Shown here: positions 38,684 through 50,303 of the stretch, in pieces
How positions within the stretch are numbered: the stretch's first letter is position 1
Layout of the letters: each line of letters begins with the position of its first letter
Origin: Massalongia carnosa
Lineage: Eukaryota
Direction of reading: 5' to 3'
Assembly (NCBI GenBank): GCA_965645245.1
Contig: OZ287069.1
Coordinates: 2,232,001-2,296,000, forward strand
DNA length: 64,000 nucleotides
Translations under genes and position numbers: made by a program
The notes under the pieces: generated by a model
Databases searched by the model: none
What the model was told of the DNA's origin: nothing
The model's input: only the letters and a program-made list of their open reading frames with translations

Positions 38684-39502
38684 TCATGATCGGCGCAACA
38701 CATCTTGCAGCTCCTGCAACTCTTGGGATGTTTTATCACCTGCGCACCTCTGAGTCCTAGCGCAGGCCCAGATGAATAGAATGATGTGATTTAAGCTAGG
38801 ACATGAGCAACGGTCAGCGTCTGAAACAACATCATAGGCTAATGAAATTGGAGGGTAGCAACCTACCCAGCGAGAGCAGTGAAACATCCGGCTACTAGCT
38901 CGACAACAGCTCTATGGTGCGTCTTGCTTGTAAAAGCATCTTGCGCAGAACAGCTTTGGAATCCCGAGCACGGGGTATTATTGTGGACCGGCGTCCACTG
39001 CTGGGTCCCTTCGGGAGTAATAACTTTGTATCCGAGCCCAGACGGATCATCGTTGTTGTACCAATCGTCGGCGTTCCAATTCAGCGATGGCATCGCACCC
39101 GCAAACACGATGAAGCACCCTACGAACAAGACGATAGAAAGAAATAAATCAAGGGCGATGTTCCGGCCGCGGAGAAAGAGACGCAGATCAATGGTCACAA
39201 GGATAAGAGCGATGATGTTGCCGACTATACCAAAAGCAAGCTACATGCAGTTGCGTTAGACTTCATCTTTTAAAACTGCAACTCGGTGAGGATGAAGCGG
39301 GTACCGGAAGAAAGTCCCATGGCACAGTCTGCCAGTCCCATACATAGTACTCTCTATAGTGAGGGCCTGTAACTGTCGCCCAGGAGATGCACGCGATGGC
39401 TACCAAAGATGCAACGCAAGAGGCAACTCGTAAGGTGACCTTGCACCGCCACGCTTTGTCGACTTCCTGCAATACCAAGCGTGAGGTAGCCGTAAAGACC
39501 AT
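38684..39502 (-). CDS. Multi-pass (about 4 TM) membrane protein, MARVEL-like topology, three exons
   Basis: ORFs 39263-39502, 38863-39198 and 38684-38887 are joinable by two introns. Hydrophobic segments: LRVASCVASLVAIACISWA, LAFGIVGNIIALIL, LDLFLSIVLFVGCFIVFAG, VELVAGCFTALAG/LNHIILFIWAC. Confidence 0.7.
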
Positions 39503-40196
39503 CTTGACGTAAAAAATCTTTTGTCAACGAAGAGTCGGAATGCCGGACTGGTCAGAATCCATGGCCCTATAAGTCATGGTGAAGCCAGGAGACGGAAAGC
39601 CAGGAAACGGTGGAGTAGGAACTGGCAAAGTTAAGCTTAATCGGAATTTTAGGAAAGAAAAGATGGAAGGAAGAAAAGAGAAAAGAGACGATGATCTAGC
39701 AGACTGCGTCAAGGGCGAGACCTGATCTACGGTAGATTGCCTAGATATGTACCGTAGGTAGTAACCTGGGGACCTGCATTGGCACCATCTAAGCTCTCTG
39801 GGGTCTAGAATAGGCTAAGGATAAACGGGAGGGTAGCTCCAAGGCTAACAAGTTATGAGGTTTAGTTACTCCATACCCTAGGTTAGGTGGTGGTATGTAC
39901 TTTTGCCCTAATTTAAGGTAGCCATAGATCGAGACTACCACACAGTACTTACTATACACAGTACTTAAGTAACACCCATCATAACCCTGCCGTAGCCTAG
40001 CTCGGATTTTCTGCCCAATGCAAAACGTTCCTCCAACTTAATCTGGTACGGTCAAGATCCATCGCTCCGTGCTCTTTTACTCGAAACACTCTACTCCGTA
40101 ACGAGTAAAGTCTAAGGGGTGTAGATTGGAGATATGATTACCTCACCCCCGCTAGACTTCATGATACTTGTTCATCATCAACTCGTCTAACCCGCA

Positions 40197-41609
40197 ATGG
40201 ATCCAGGAACTCTTCTGGTAGCCGAACAAATTGTTTCCACTACCGTCGAAGGTGCTGCCCTCGCCAGCATCGGCTTAGCGCAATCCACGCAACCCCTCAG
40301 CGCAACTTTCACCCGCATCACGAGCGAAGCCTTCCTGCCCCGCTCCTCCCACACCCTCACCGTTGTCGGCGGCCACATCTACATCTTTGGAGGCAAGAAT
40401 GAGAAGGGAGAGTTGGCTGGCAATGAAGTGCACATCGTGACGCTCCCGCTGAAGACGAGGACGGGCGGGGAGCCTAGTTACAAATGTGTACCTGCGCTTG
40501 GGGAGGACGAAGTAGTGCCAGCCCCGAGGTTCGGGCATAGTGCCAGCGCAATCGGGGACCGGGTATATGTGTTTGGAGGGCGAGACGGTAGCGCGCAAGC
40601 TTTGGAGGAGAAGGGACGAATATGGGTGTTCGATACGAATTCGCTGCATTGGAGTTACATTGACCCCAAGCCCGACGAATCTTACCCTTCTCCTCGTTTC
40701 TACCATGGCTACGCGGCAAGCGCAAATCCATTGCCTCCTGATTCCGTCGGGAAGCTGAAAGTGCTTGGAACACAGATTCACGAGTCGATCAGCAGGACGG
40801 TTCCAGGAATCATCAATAAACCCTCGCCCCCTGCTGAACCTCATGGAACATTATTTATTAGCGGCGGCTTACGCACCTCTGACTCGGAGGCTCTGATTGA
40901 CTCCTGGGTATTCACGGTTGCTTCCAACGCTTGGACACAACTACCTGCTACACCAGCCCCGAAGCTACAATCTCCACCAGCCCTCGCATTAGCTCAAGAT
41001 CGCCTTTATCTTATCGCCGGCTCCTCTGAAATTGAAAGCGAAATTCATTATCTCGCTCTTCCCAACCATCTTTTGCAAAACCAGGACGCAAAGGAAGAAA
41101 ATACCAAAAGTCCGGCAATATGGGAGACGCTACCCTTTCCCACCAACCCCCTCGCTCCTGGCCCTCGTCCCCGCCAAGGTGCAGGACTCTTTTCGATAAC
41201 AACTGGCAACGGCCGGATTTACCTCCTCTACCTCCTTGGGGAGAAAGCTTCTCCCCTCCGTCATTCCACGGAAACTATCGATGAAGAATATGTGGCAAAA
41301 CCTCCGAACTTATACTGGAGCGATGCCTTCACCTATCAACCTCCCTCCTCTTCCCCTTCACCCGCCGGCGCAAAAGATGCTACCCGTAGCGCCTTGGGCT
41401 TTCGTACGGGAGAAGGAACCTGGGCGGAGGTGAAAGTAGTGGCGAACGAGGAAGGCGGCGGGAAGCTACAGGTCGAAGGGAAGAGTCATCCCGGACCTCG
41501 AGGATGGTTTGGGGGTGATGTGATAAGTGGGGCGGAGGTGGTGCTCTGGGGAGGTGTAGATGGGAAGGGTGAGACGGAGGGGGATGGGTGGATTGTTAGC
41601 GTGCGATGA
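40197..41609 (+). CDS. Kelch-repeat beta-propeller protein
   Basis: Repeated Kelch blades: PRSSHTLTVVGGHIYIFGG, PRFGHSASAIGDRVYVFGG, LFISGG, PGPRGWF..VVLWGG..DGW. Confidence 0.92.
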   Translation: MDPGTLLVAEQIVSTTVEGAALASIGLAQSTQPLSATFTRITSEAFLPRSSHTLTVVGGHIYIFGGKNEKGELAGNEVHIVTLPLKTRTGGEPSYKCVPALGEDEVVPAPRFGHSASAIGDRVYVFGGRDGSAQALEEKGRIWVFDTNSLHWSYIDPKPDESYPSPRFYHGYAASANPLPPDSVGKLKVLGTQIHESISRTVPGIINKPSPPAEPHGTLFISGGLRTSDSEALIDSWVFTVASNAWTQLPATPAPKLQSPPALALAQDRLYLIAGSSEIESEIHYLALPNHLLQNQDAKEENTKSPAIWETLPFPTNPLAPGPRPRQGAGLFSITTGNGRIYLLYLLGEKASPLRHSTETIDEEYVAKPPNLYWSDAFTYQPPSSSPSPAGAKDATRSALGFRTGEGTWAEVKVVANEEGGGKLQVEGKSHPGPRGWFGGDVISGAEVVLWGGVDGKGETEGDGWIVSVR

Positions 41610-44142
41610 GGGAAAGGGTAATGTTCGAGTTGGGATACAGGCAGGTACGGTTAGCTCAAAGAACGGATTGCTCGTGCCCTTACCGAATCTGCAGGAAAGA
41701 TCTATCAGTAACGCGCGGCTACCTTTTGATACCTTCCGCCAGTCAACCTTTTTCGGGCTGATCTTCACCCAGAGCGATGCATTCTGGCGTCCCGACATCA
41801 TACTCCGTTTGACGGCTTCATACTTGGCCAAATGATGTTTTGGAGGAAGCACTCTTGTCGATGAGACCTAACGGCTGACAACCTTGCCTAGAATACTAGA
41901 GCTCCAAGAACGGCACGCCCGCAAACCATTCCATAGCTCCTAAATACCGATCAAAGCCCGCTGCCTCTATGTAGTTACGAGAGCAGCGTTGAGTCTGAAC
42001 TATGGGGTTCAACGATCATCTTTCTTTTTTGTTTGACTTGGCCCCTGATTAAAAGTACTCCCAAAGGGTTCTGGACTTCGTCTATCATGTCTTCCCATGC
42101 CGGCCATTCCACGGTAGACAGACGAGTCTCTAAATCTGCCACAGCGTGATATCGTTTCTTCTTTTTCCTTTCACTACCATTGAATTTGTCGATCCCAGTT
42201 AGCTTACAGTGTCCAAAAGAACCATCTATTCCCTTGAGGGAAACAACTCCTTTTCTCGGAACAGCCCCAGAAAGAGGGCCGACTGAGCATTCGCATCAAC
42301 GATCCATGATCGGCAGGCTAGAGGTAGATGCAAAATTCTCATAGCTGGAACCCCCCAGGCTTCGTCGCGATTGGTCTTGCACGGTCGCATAGCAGTGAGC
42401 TTGCCGATATAACAATCGTTTTCGGATTAGTAAATCTGACCAATTATGGCTCAATGCTACATGTACAATACAGAGCATACCCCATAACCCAAGAAACAGG
42501 TTGAGGGGTCATACCTGCAGAAGTGTCCGGGGAAGATACTTTATCGTATTGACCCTGAAGGATGCCTGTCCTAGACGACGTATAGAGTACAGAATGACGA
42601 ATCTCATCCAAACTTTTAGTAGAGTTTACCCCCTCTGCAAAGATTTATGTTGACGGACACAGCATACACAAGCAACCGCATAAGCCGGCAAAGGAAATGA
42701 GAGAATTGAGCCAACGCCAGATGTGAGAATTGAGAATGTCCACGAGCTGCACTTCTCCGTGGTTCTTTTCAATAACCCTCCAGGATAGAGGCATAACTAG
42801 ACCAGCACCTGAAAACTCTACGGAGTACAGAGTACTCTGTAACTCGAAACCTGCAGCCCGATTCCGTAACTTGTTAGCCGAAGACATCCCATCGAGTGAT
42901 GAACCAGCATCAAGGCGGTGAATGGAGTAATCCCTTCCCCATCGGGAGCGCAATAAGCTTTGGGATTGCCGTGTTGAAGCAAGAGTTTTCTACTATATGG
43001 ACAGAGTACTCCGTAATGCCTAACCATTTAGATACGGTAGTTGCGAACACTGATACCGATAAGACCAAGATGAAGTTCCCCTGGCTGCTGGTGGGGGGGA
43101 ATGTCTCGTCCCGGAAAAACGTCAATTTGTTCCAAGGCTAATTATCTGTTACAAGCAAGATATGACAGTTTCATGGAGTACTCCGTACAGAGTACCTCCT
43201 GTACGAAATACAGAATACAGAATACAGAATAATACGGGTCTGCTCAAGACTCGCTCCTCGACAACTCCGCCACGTTCCGAATAAGGTTTCGGATTCTTGC
43301 GTGGCACACCCTTACTTCAACCTGTCAGCATTGGGAGTGTATTACAAACTATAAACATGTACACCGCGGTTTTAAAGAGCCGTAACCACTGCGCGCCGCT
43401 GTTAGTGGGATCTAGCCTTGTTTTTTTAAATTCGATGGATTACAATACAAATTTGACGTTGCCCCAAGCCGCACAATAGGTACGGCGTTGAAGAAGATAG
43501 ATATAAAGCAGCACGCGGCTGACAACCTGCTTCCCGGAACAAATCAAGCAAACTTTTCAAAAAAACATCTTTTCTTGAAAAATCATTCAGCAACAAAAAC
43601 AACCTAAAAAACCTTGAAGTCTTCCCAGATGACAGAACACATATCAATCTTAAAGTCCTGAAATTATTAAGTGTAGGAAAAAATAATTGCATGATATTGT
43701 TCTACGCGTAAGAGTGCTCAAGTTTTTGGTGTCCCGGTTTTTTTGTCAGCCGCGTGCCAGGTACTTCCTATGGTACTCCGTACCTAGCTCAGTATGTAAC
43801 GTTGGAATGGCGTCAGAGCAATGTGTAATTTTATCCTTAAGAAGGTTCACGCAATCAAATCCGATAACATAACAGTATAATTAGCATGTGAACCGCAGCT
43901 TACTTTACTTCCCTAGGCAGGCATGTAACTACCTCCATGGACTAGTAACCGTTCATCGATCTGACGCCGCTACACTCTGTACATCCAACGGCAACACTGC
44001 ATATCCTCCAGTCCGTTCCCTTGTGTCCCGTCATATTAATGAGCTTCCCTCCTCTTGGCAACGATTATGTAGAGCAGTTTTTGCTCTTTACTGTTAACTT
44101 CATTTCCTCCTTTCCTCCCTTTTCTCACCCCCCCGGATCATT

Positions 44143-45407
44143 ATGCTCACCTCAACTCCGCGAGTGATTTCGGCGGTGCTGACCGCTTTGTTTTGTACGC
44201 TTCTCATTTACCAGTTTGCGCTTTCACAAAATACGCTCTTCAAATCTGCATCGTCCTCTGCATTAGACGAGACTCCATTACTAGCTGGCCTGCCTCCTCA
44301 GAAAACCCCGTCGCATCCGCTCGAAGGAAACCCCCGAGTGCGTCAAGCGACCACCATTTTGCCAGGGAAGGAGCATCCGACATATGAGCGAGCGTTGAAA
44401 ACGCATATCCGGCATGGCGATCAATGGGGCCGTCCAACCGACGTTTTGCGACAGTTTCTTGTCGAGGATATATATTATAATAAGCCAGCCTACCTGCTAT
44501 ACCTCATTTATCACGAACTGGCGAAACCGGTCGGTTTACGTGCAGAATGGATTTTGTAAGCATGGTCTCCTTCCATCCCAGTAGGCAAGCAATAGCATCT
44601 AATCTATCGGATCTTGCTTACCACATTCTTATTTTCTACAGTTGGTTCGATGCCGACACCATCGTTCTCAATCCTTTCATTCCCTTGGAGGTCTTCCTCC
44701 CTCCCAGTGATTTCCGCGACGTCAATTTTTTGGGCGCAAAAGACTGGAACGGCTTCAACGCCGGCGTTCTGTTTATCAAAGTCAACAAATGGTCCGTGGA
44801 CTTCTTGCTCGAAACTATGGCTGAACCTCTCCTCAGGCCCGAAATCAAAGAAGAATTTGCCGAACAAGGTGCCATGTCGCGAGTGTTCCTGAAAGAAAAA
44901 TATCGCGATAATGTGCTCTTCCAGCCGCGCGACTGGTACAATGCATACAGTAAAGGCGATGATGATCTTACTGAACCAGAGGTCAGGCTTGGGCATATGC
45001 AGGTTCATTTCCCAGGGCTGGCACAAAAGGAAGGGTTTATGAACGTCTGGCTGGATCGGGTGGAGAGGACCAAGGACTGGGAAACCCCACTGCACAACAC
45101 ATCGTATACGCAAGAGACAACAGACTACTGGGCGCAACTGCGAAGCGCAAAGGAACTGCTGGGGCTCGTCGGCACGGCGATGAAGGAGGTCGCTGCCGAT
45201 ACCGCACGGACGGCTGCATTGCAGGATGCGCAGACGGAGTTGCAGCAATGGATGCGCGAGGACGCTCATGACAAGGAAAAAATGGACTTGTCCGTCACGA
45301 AGCTGAAGAACGCCCTGAACGCGCCGAAGCAAGAACCGCCGCTGAAGCAGAAACCCAAGAACAACGAACCGAAATCTCAGCCTCCGAGGAGACGCAGCTG
45401 GCGATGA
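44143..45407 (+). CDS. Glycosyltransferase family 34 (Gma12/Mnn10-like), type II membrane protein
   Basis: N-terminal TM, YERALKTH, NKPAYLL..ELAKP..EWIF/WFDADT (DxD), DWNGFNAGVLF, FAEQGAM, PRDWYNAY, VHFPG. Intron 44556-44641. Confidence 0.92.
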
Positions 45408-47550
45408 ACGGCTGGTCTTTTTACGACTGATTACGAGGCATACATTTTTAGGAGTTCTGGTCGGACTCGGCAGCCTTTGGCCGCCTTTCCTCTTTTATCT
45501 AGACTCTTGTGATTCACGGCGCAAACACGAAGCGATTTTGTATTCTGCATGGTCCCAGGGGCGTTTTTCTTAATGCGGCTGCATTGGAAGGGAACTTTTT
45601 CAAGCCAAAAGGAGGGGAATTACTATTTACTTTGCTGTATTTACATACCCTCTACTTTTACACGCAAGGAGTAATGTCGCACATACCTTTCTGCTCGACA
45701 TTACATGCTTCAGACAGACAAGCTAGTCGCTTCCAGTTGGTTTCGAATCCAAACCACTAAAGTTACCACCAATGGGGGAACACCCCGTTTCCGTCCCGCA
45801 TGCCTCGTCATTTCCCCGCCTAGGACCACGCAATCCACCCAACGAGTTCGAGGAATTAGGCAATAGTACGTTTTCGTATCGTATCGCCTTGAATTGGAGG
45901 GGAGTATTGTTTTTGTTTTGTTTTGTTTCTTATTTAATTTTTTTAATTTCGAAAACAAAAATACCGGTTGGGAAATATGTAGTACATGTACTCCGTACCG
46001 TGTGCTCCGTAGTTGAATTTGTAATCCCACACTTTGGATCATCATAGGGTCATTCTCTAGCCATCTGCTACTTTCTTCCAGTTTTAGATAGCTACCTCCC
46101 TCCCTCCTCTAATCAGCCAATGATTACTTACTTTACTCCAACACACCTACCCTACATAACCACCCAGTCACGTAGTTAAGCCGTTTTAGTGGCCCGACCA
46201 CGTCCTGGCCGTAAGGGGGGCGGCGGGAAAAGGATGGGAGGCAGTGTTCGTTTAAATTGTCTCCACCCCACGCCTCTCTCAGATAGGACTTGGGAGATTT
46301 TGGTGAGGTTTACCGAGTATTATTGATTGAGTAGAAAGGAGTTGTATGTGCCTATGTAGTTATGTATTGGAGTGGTGAATTCTAGAACAAAGGTAGATAC
46401 AGAGTACAGAGTAGTTAAATCCCCATTCTTTTGCCCACAAACCGTTCAACAAAAGCCGCACGGCGTAACCGAGCTGCTATTTTGGGCAACATTGGTCCGT
46501 CCCCCCCATAATTTCGAAAAACTGCCTCTTCCACCACCACTTTCCATTAATTATTCATCAATCACATGGCAATTATACGCAGTCCTCGAAGTACTCGTAT
46601 TAGAATGGGATAAACCAATCAAAAATCAGTGCGTCGCATGGATGCAGGACAATCACTGCATAAAATTCATGCAGCCACAGGGGTGCATCGGGACACTTCG
46701 TAAATGGCGCGATGTTGAGCACACAGTTAGGAGAAAAGATGCTGAACGGAACTGGAAAAGCACGAAAAGTCTTTGATTGAAAAGCCAAAAAGATGCTCAA
46801 TTGGATGCTAAAGGAGAAACATCCCGAAAGACGTTTGTCATTTGCTCAGTTATGCAAACGTCACAGTTTATCTTTTTATCCTCGAACTCTTGCACGACGT
46901 TTAGCTCAGTTGAGTTTTCGCAAATGTATTGCATGTCCGAAACCTTTGATTAACGAAAAGAATCAAAAGATTCGACTCGCTTTCTTTATAAACTTCGACA
47001 ACTGAACGCATGCCTGAAAACGAGTTCGATTCAGTGATGAGAGCACGTTTTACACGAGCAAACACAAGAAACATCAAATCCTTCGCAAGGCAGGTGAACG
47101 ATATTGTTTTGATTGCGTTTAGACTCGTTTTGGAAGTGATAGAACGTCTTTTTCAGTATGAGGAATGATAAGGTGAGAATATAAATCGAATCTGATGTTT
47201 TTGCAAAATCTTTTCGGGATCAGAGGGAGAATGATCAAAGAAGATTATATAAAACAAGTGCTATTGTCGATTGTTTCTTCGTACTTTCAGGAGAGTAATT
47301 ATATTTCTTCTTACGAACGCTGTAGGGTGGAGCCGATGACGCTCAAAATCTAAATTCCTGGCGGTTCGGGAGTTAGTTTTTCCGGCCGAGTCTTGGTAAA
47401 GATAGCGTGGAAGTCAGGTGACAGTCTTTCATTTAGTTATAGATAGTTCTTTTCCTTAGATACACAGAGCAAGCATGCTCGTAGCATAGCTACAACACAC
47501 TGCATCAACATATACAGTTCGCAGGCACGAGGGACGAGGCACGAGGCATA

Positions 47551-49915
47551 ACTTAACTCACTAGATAACGGAACAAACCGTTCAACGGAACTAACTAAAT
47601 TTCGCTTAGTCTTTGAAGCCTTCTTCCCACCCATTTTACATACAATTCTAGCTTCAATGACTATTATATGTAAAAATAACACTATATATGCATGCTTGTC
47701 TCATAAAGCAGTCACATTTTGCTTGGTGGTCGGAAAATGCGACCCCGTCGGGTTATTTTAACCATTTTCACCTCCTCCACCTCTACCTCTTTCACCCCTT
47801 CCACCACCTTCATCAACTCTACCTCTTTCACCCCTTCTACTATCTCTTCCGCCTCTCTGATTGGTCGAAGCATGGGAGGGGGGAGTAATGATCTTTTGAA
47901 AGGACTAATAAGCGTTCTTTGTGAACTATCAGATGCTTTTTGAGAACTTTTCTGACCACTTTTAGTCGGGTATGTAGTGGACGTATGTCCTAGTAAATCA
48001 GGCCCAAATCGACACATTTCTCTGAATGTTTTGATAAGGTCCTGCTCGGCGCGTTTTATTTGTGCGGCCTTTCGTTTATCATCCTTCTCTTTCTGTTTAT
48101 TTTTAGCCCATTGCTGTCTCTGTTGTACGTCTTCAAGGCTCAGTACTCGAGCCTTTCCACCATAGTGAGCCCCGCTACGATTGGCTCGATGATGCCGCCG
48201 TACATTGGCCTGAAGAAGTTCGGTGTTGGTAATTCGTAGCAAGGTAGAGTCGGCAAAGGCATATTTGGCTCCTTTTATCAATTTATTTAAAGCTCGGGCG
48301 GGTGTCGAGTCCGAATTTTCATTCTTTCGAATTCGACAAGCCAACTGATTTATTTGATTGATATTTGCAGGTGTCTTTTCTACTCCGATAATAGCTTCAT
48401 GAGAGTTCTGAAGTGTTATCGGAGTACCAGGATAAGAAGCAGACGCGATCTCCGTATCAATTCCAACACTAGAGCTTCTTGTGACAGTGGTAGTGGTGGT
48501 GATGGTGTTAATGCTATCAGTCTTTCGCAACACCGATTGTTTATTAGTCAGTTTTTCTGAAGCACCAATGACGGATTGAATGGTACTGATCCGGTACTTC
48601 TCCATGCAGTGAGTACGTTAATTTCTCGCTGATTGCTTCCTTTCTTGCCTCTTGAATGATCTTCAAAAGTCTATCTTGTCAATCGAGCAGACGTTGAACC
48701 GGGTGACGACCTCCAGTCGTTTTTTATACTCCCAGGACAGAGGCCCAAACACACTTACATCTAGAGGTTGTAGCATATGTGTTGTATGAGGAGGTAAACA
48801 TAGTAAAATGATTTTCTTTTCATTGCAGAACTTGATGAATTCGGTAGAAATATGGGAAGCATGACCGTCTACCACAAGAAGTCGATATTCACCGTGTAAA
48901 TATTTTGCAGTAGCAGGTTCAAAGCATTTTTTCAACCAACCAAGGCCTAGTTCATTGTCGGTCCATCCATTTTCACTGGTAGCGATTTCACTTTTGACGT
49001 CGTTCAAAACATCGTACCAGGCCTTCTGCCTGTTAACCTCTTTGAAAATGACGAAAAGTGGTAAACATCGACCGGTTATGTCAATGGCCTCAACTAATGA
49101 CACCCATTCTCTGTTATCTGATTGTGCTGAAAAGGCTTGCTTTTCATGTTTAGAAATTACTACTTTTGCACTACCGGCTACTCCCATCATAAATCCCTTT
49201 TCGTCCATGTTGTAAATGTCTTCATCGAGAATTCCGTGTTTTTGTTTGTTAGAAAGAAAGAGGTCAAACCAATGCTGAAAAATTCCTTCATTCTCCGCGA
49301 ATAAACGATCTTGATCCAAGGTGCGACTGTATTTAGCCTGCAAATCGGAATGACGATTCAAAAAATGCTGTTGCCAATTGACCCCCAATGCAGTATGATT
49401 TCCCCTAGCTCTTAATAACTCGATGGCCATCTGATGTAACTGAGCGATTTTAGCAGGCCAGCCCAGGCATACAATTGAAGAAGCCAATTCTTCAAAGCGT
49501 TCTCCTCCTCGAATGTCAACAATTGTTTGATTTGATCCGAAGTAAATCGTGGTTGACGGCCATGAATGCGAGAATAGAGAGTAGTCTTCGAAACAGCGTA
49601 TAAAATAGCTGTCTTTGTGATGGAAGAGCTCCATCAGCTTGTTTCCAAGCCAGAAGGGCTGATTGAACGCGTTGTTCATATGTGGAGGGGGTGAAGGATG
49701 GAAGGACTTGGAGGTTTTGTGTGAGGTGGATTTTTTACAAACACCCATTATAACAATCTTTAAATGATGTGTATGTTCAATTATGATGTTTAAAGCTAGA
49801 TTTGTATGAAAATGTATGAGGTGAAGGCTTCAGCATCTAAGAAGGTGAATAAATTAAGTTTTCGGAATTTCTTAGTTCCGTTGTACGGTTTGTTCCGTTG
49901 TCTAGTGAGCTACGT
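47551..49915 (-). mobile_element. pogo/Fot1-type DNA transposon with about 50-bp TIRs and frameshifted transposase
   Basis: TIRs ACTTAACTCACTAGATAACGGAACAAACCG.. and (reverse complement) ACGTAGCTCACTAGACAACGGAACAAACCG.., with TA at 47549-47550 and 49916-49917. DDE_1 motifs YNMDEKGF, LVVDGHASH, LPPHTTHMLQPLDV. Frameshifts in the HTH region and near 48660. Confidence 0.93.
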
Positions 49916-49971
49916 TACAGTGACTAGTCTTGCTATTGTTCCTATTCTATTGTTCTGTTCTCTTCTTGTGT

Positions 49972-50303
49972 TGTAGGGTGGAGCGGTGATGCTCAAAATT
50001 CAAATTGCTAGCGGTGCGGGAGTTGGTTCTTGTCCGACTGAGGCTTGGCAAAGGAAGTCAGGTGACAGTCTTTCTTTTCAGTCATAGATAGGTCTTTTCC
50101 TTTAGACACAGCAAGCATGCTCATAGAATAGCATCAACACATACAGTTCACATACAGAGACACGAGGCACGAGGCGCTGAGGCATACAGTGACCAGTCTA
50201 GCTATTGTCCTTATTCTATTGTTCCGTTCTTCTCTTGTTTGTTTGTTCTCTTGCACTGCTAGCAGTAGTGGACCACGCACACCACCCAGTTCATCCTTCC
50301 ACA
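49972..50303. mobile_element. Solo LTR B (332 bp), same family as LTR A
   Basis: TGTAGGGTGGAGC..CATCCTTCCACA flanked by 4-bp TSD GTGT (49968-49971, 50304-50307). Confidence 0.88.

Noticed and set aside
12439..45332. Long antisense ORFs (12439-13125, 40275-40844, 44604-45332)
   Set aside because: They are shadows of real genes on the opposite strand.
47321..50303. Full-length LTR retrotransposon bounded by the two LTR copies
   Set aside because: The interior is a pogo DNA transposon with no gag/pol, and each LTR has its own TSD.
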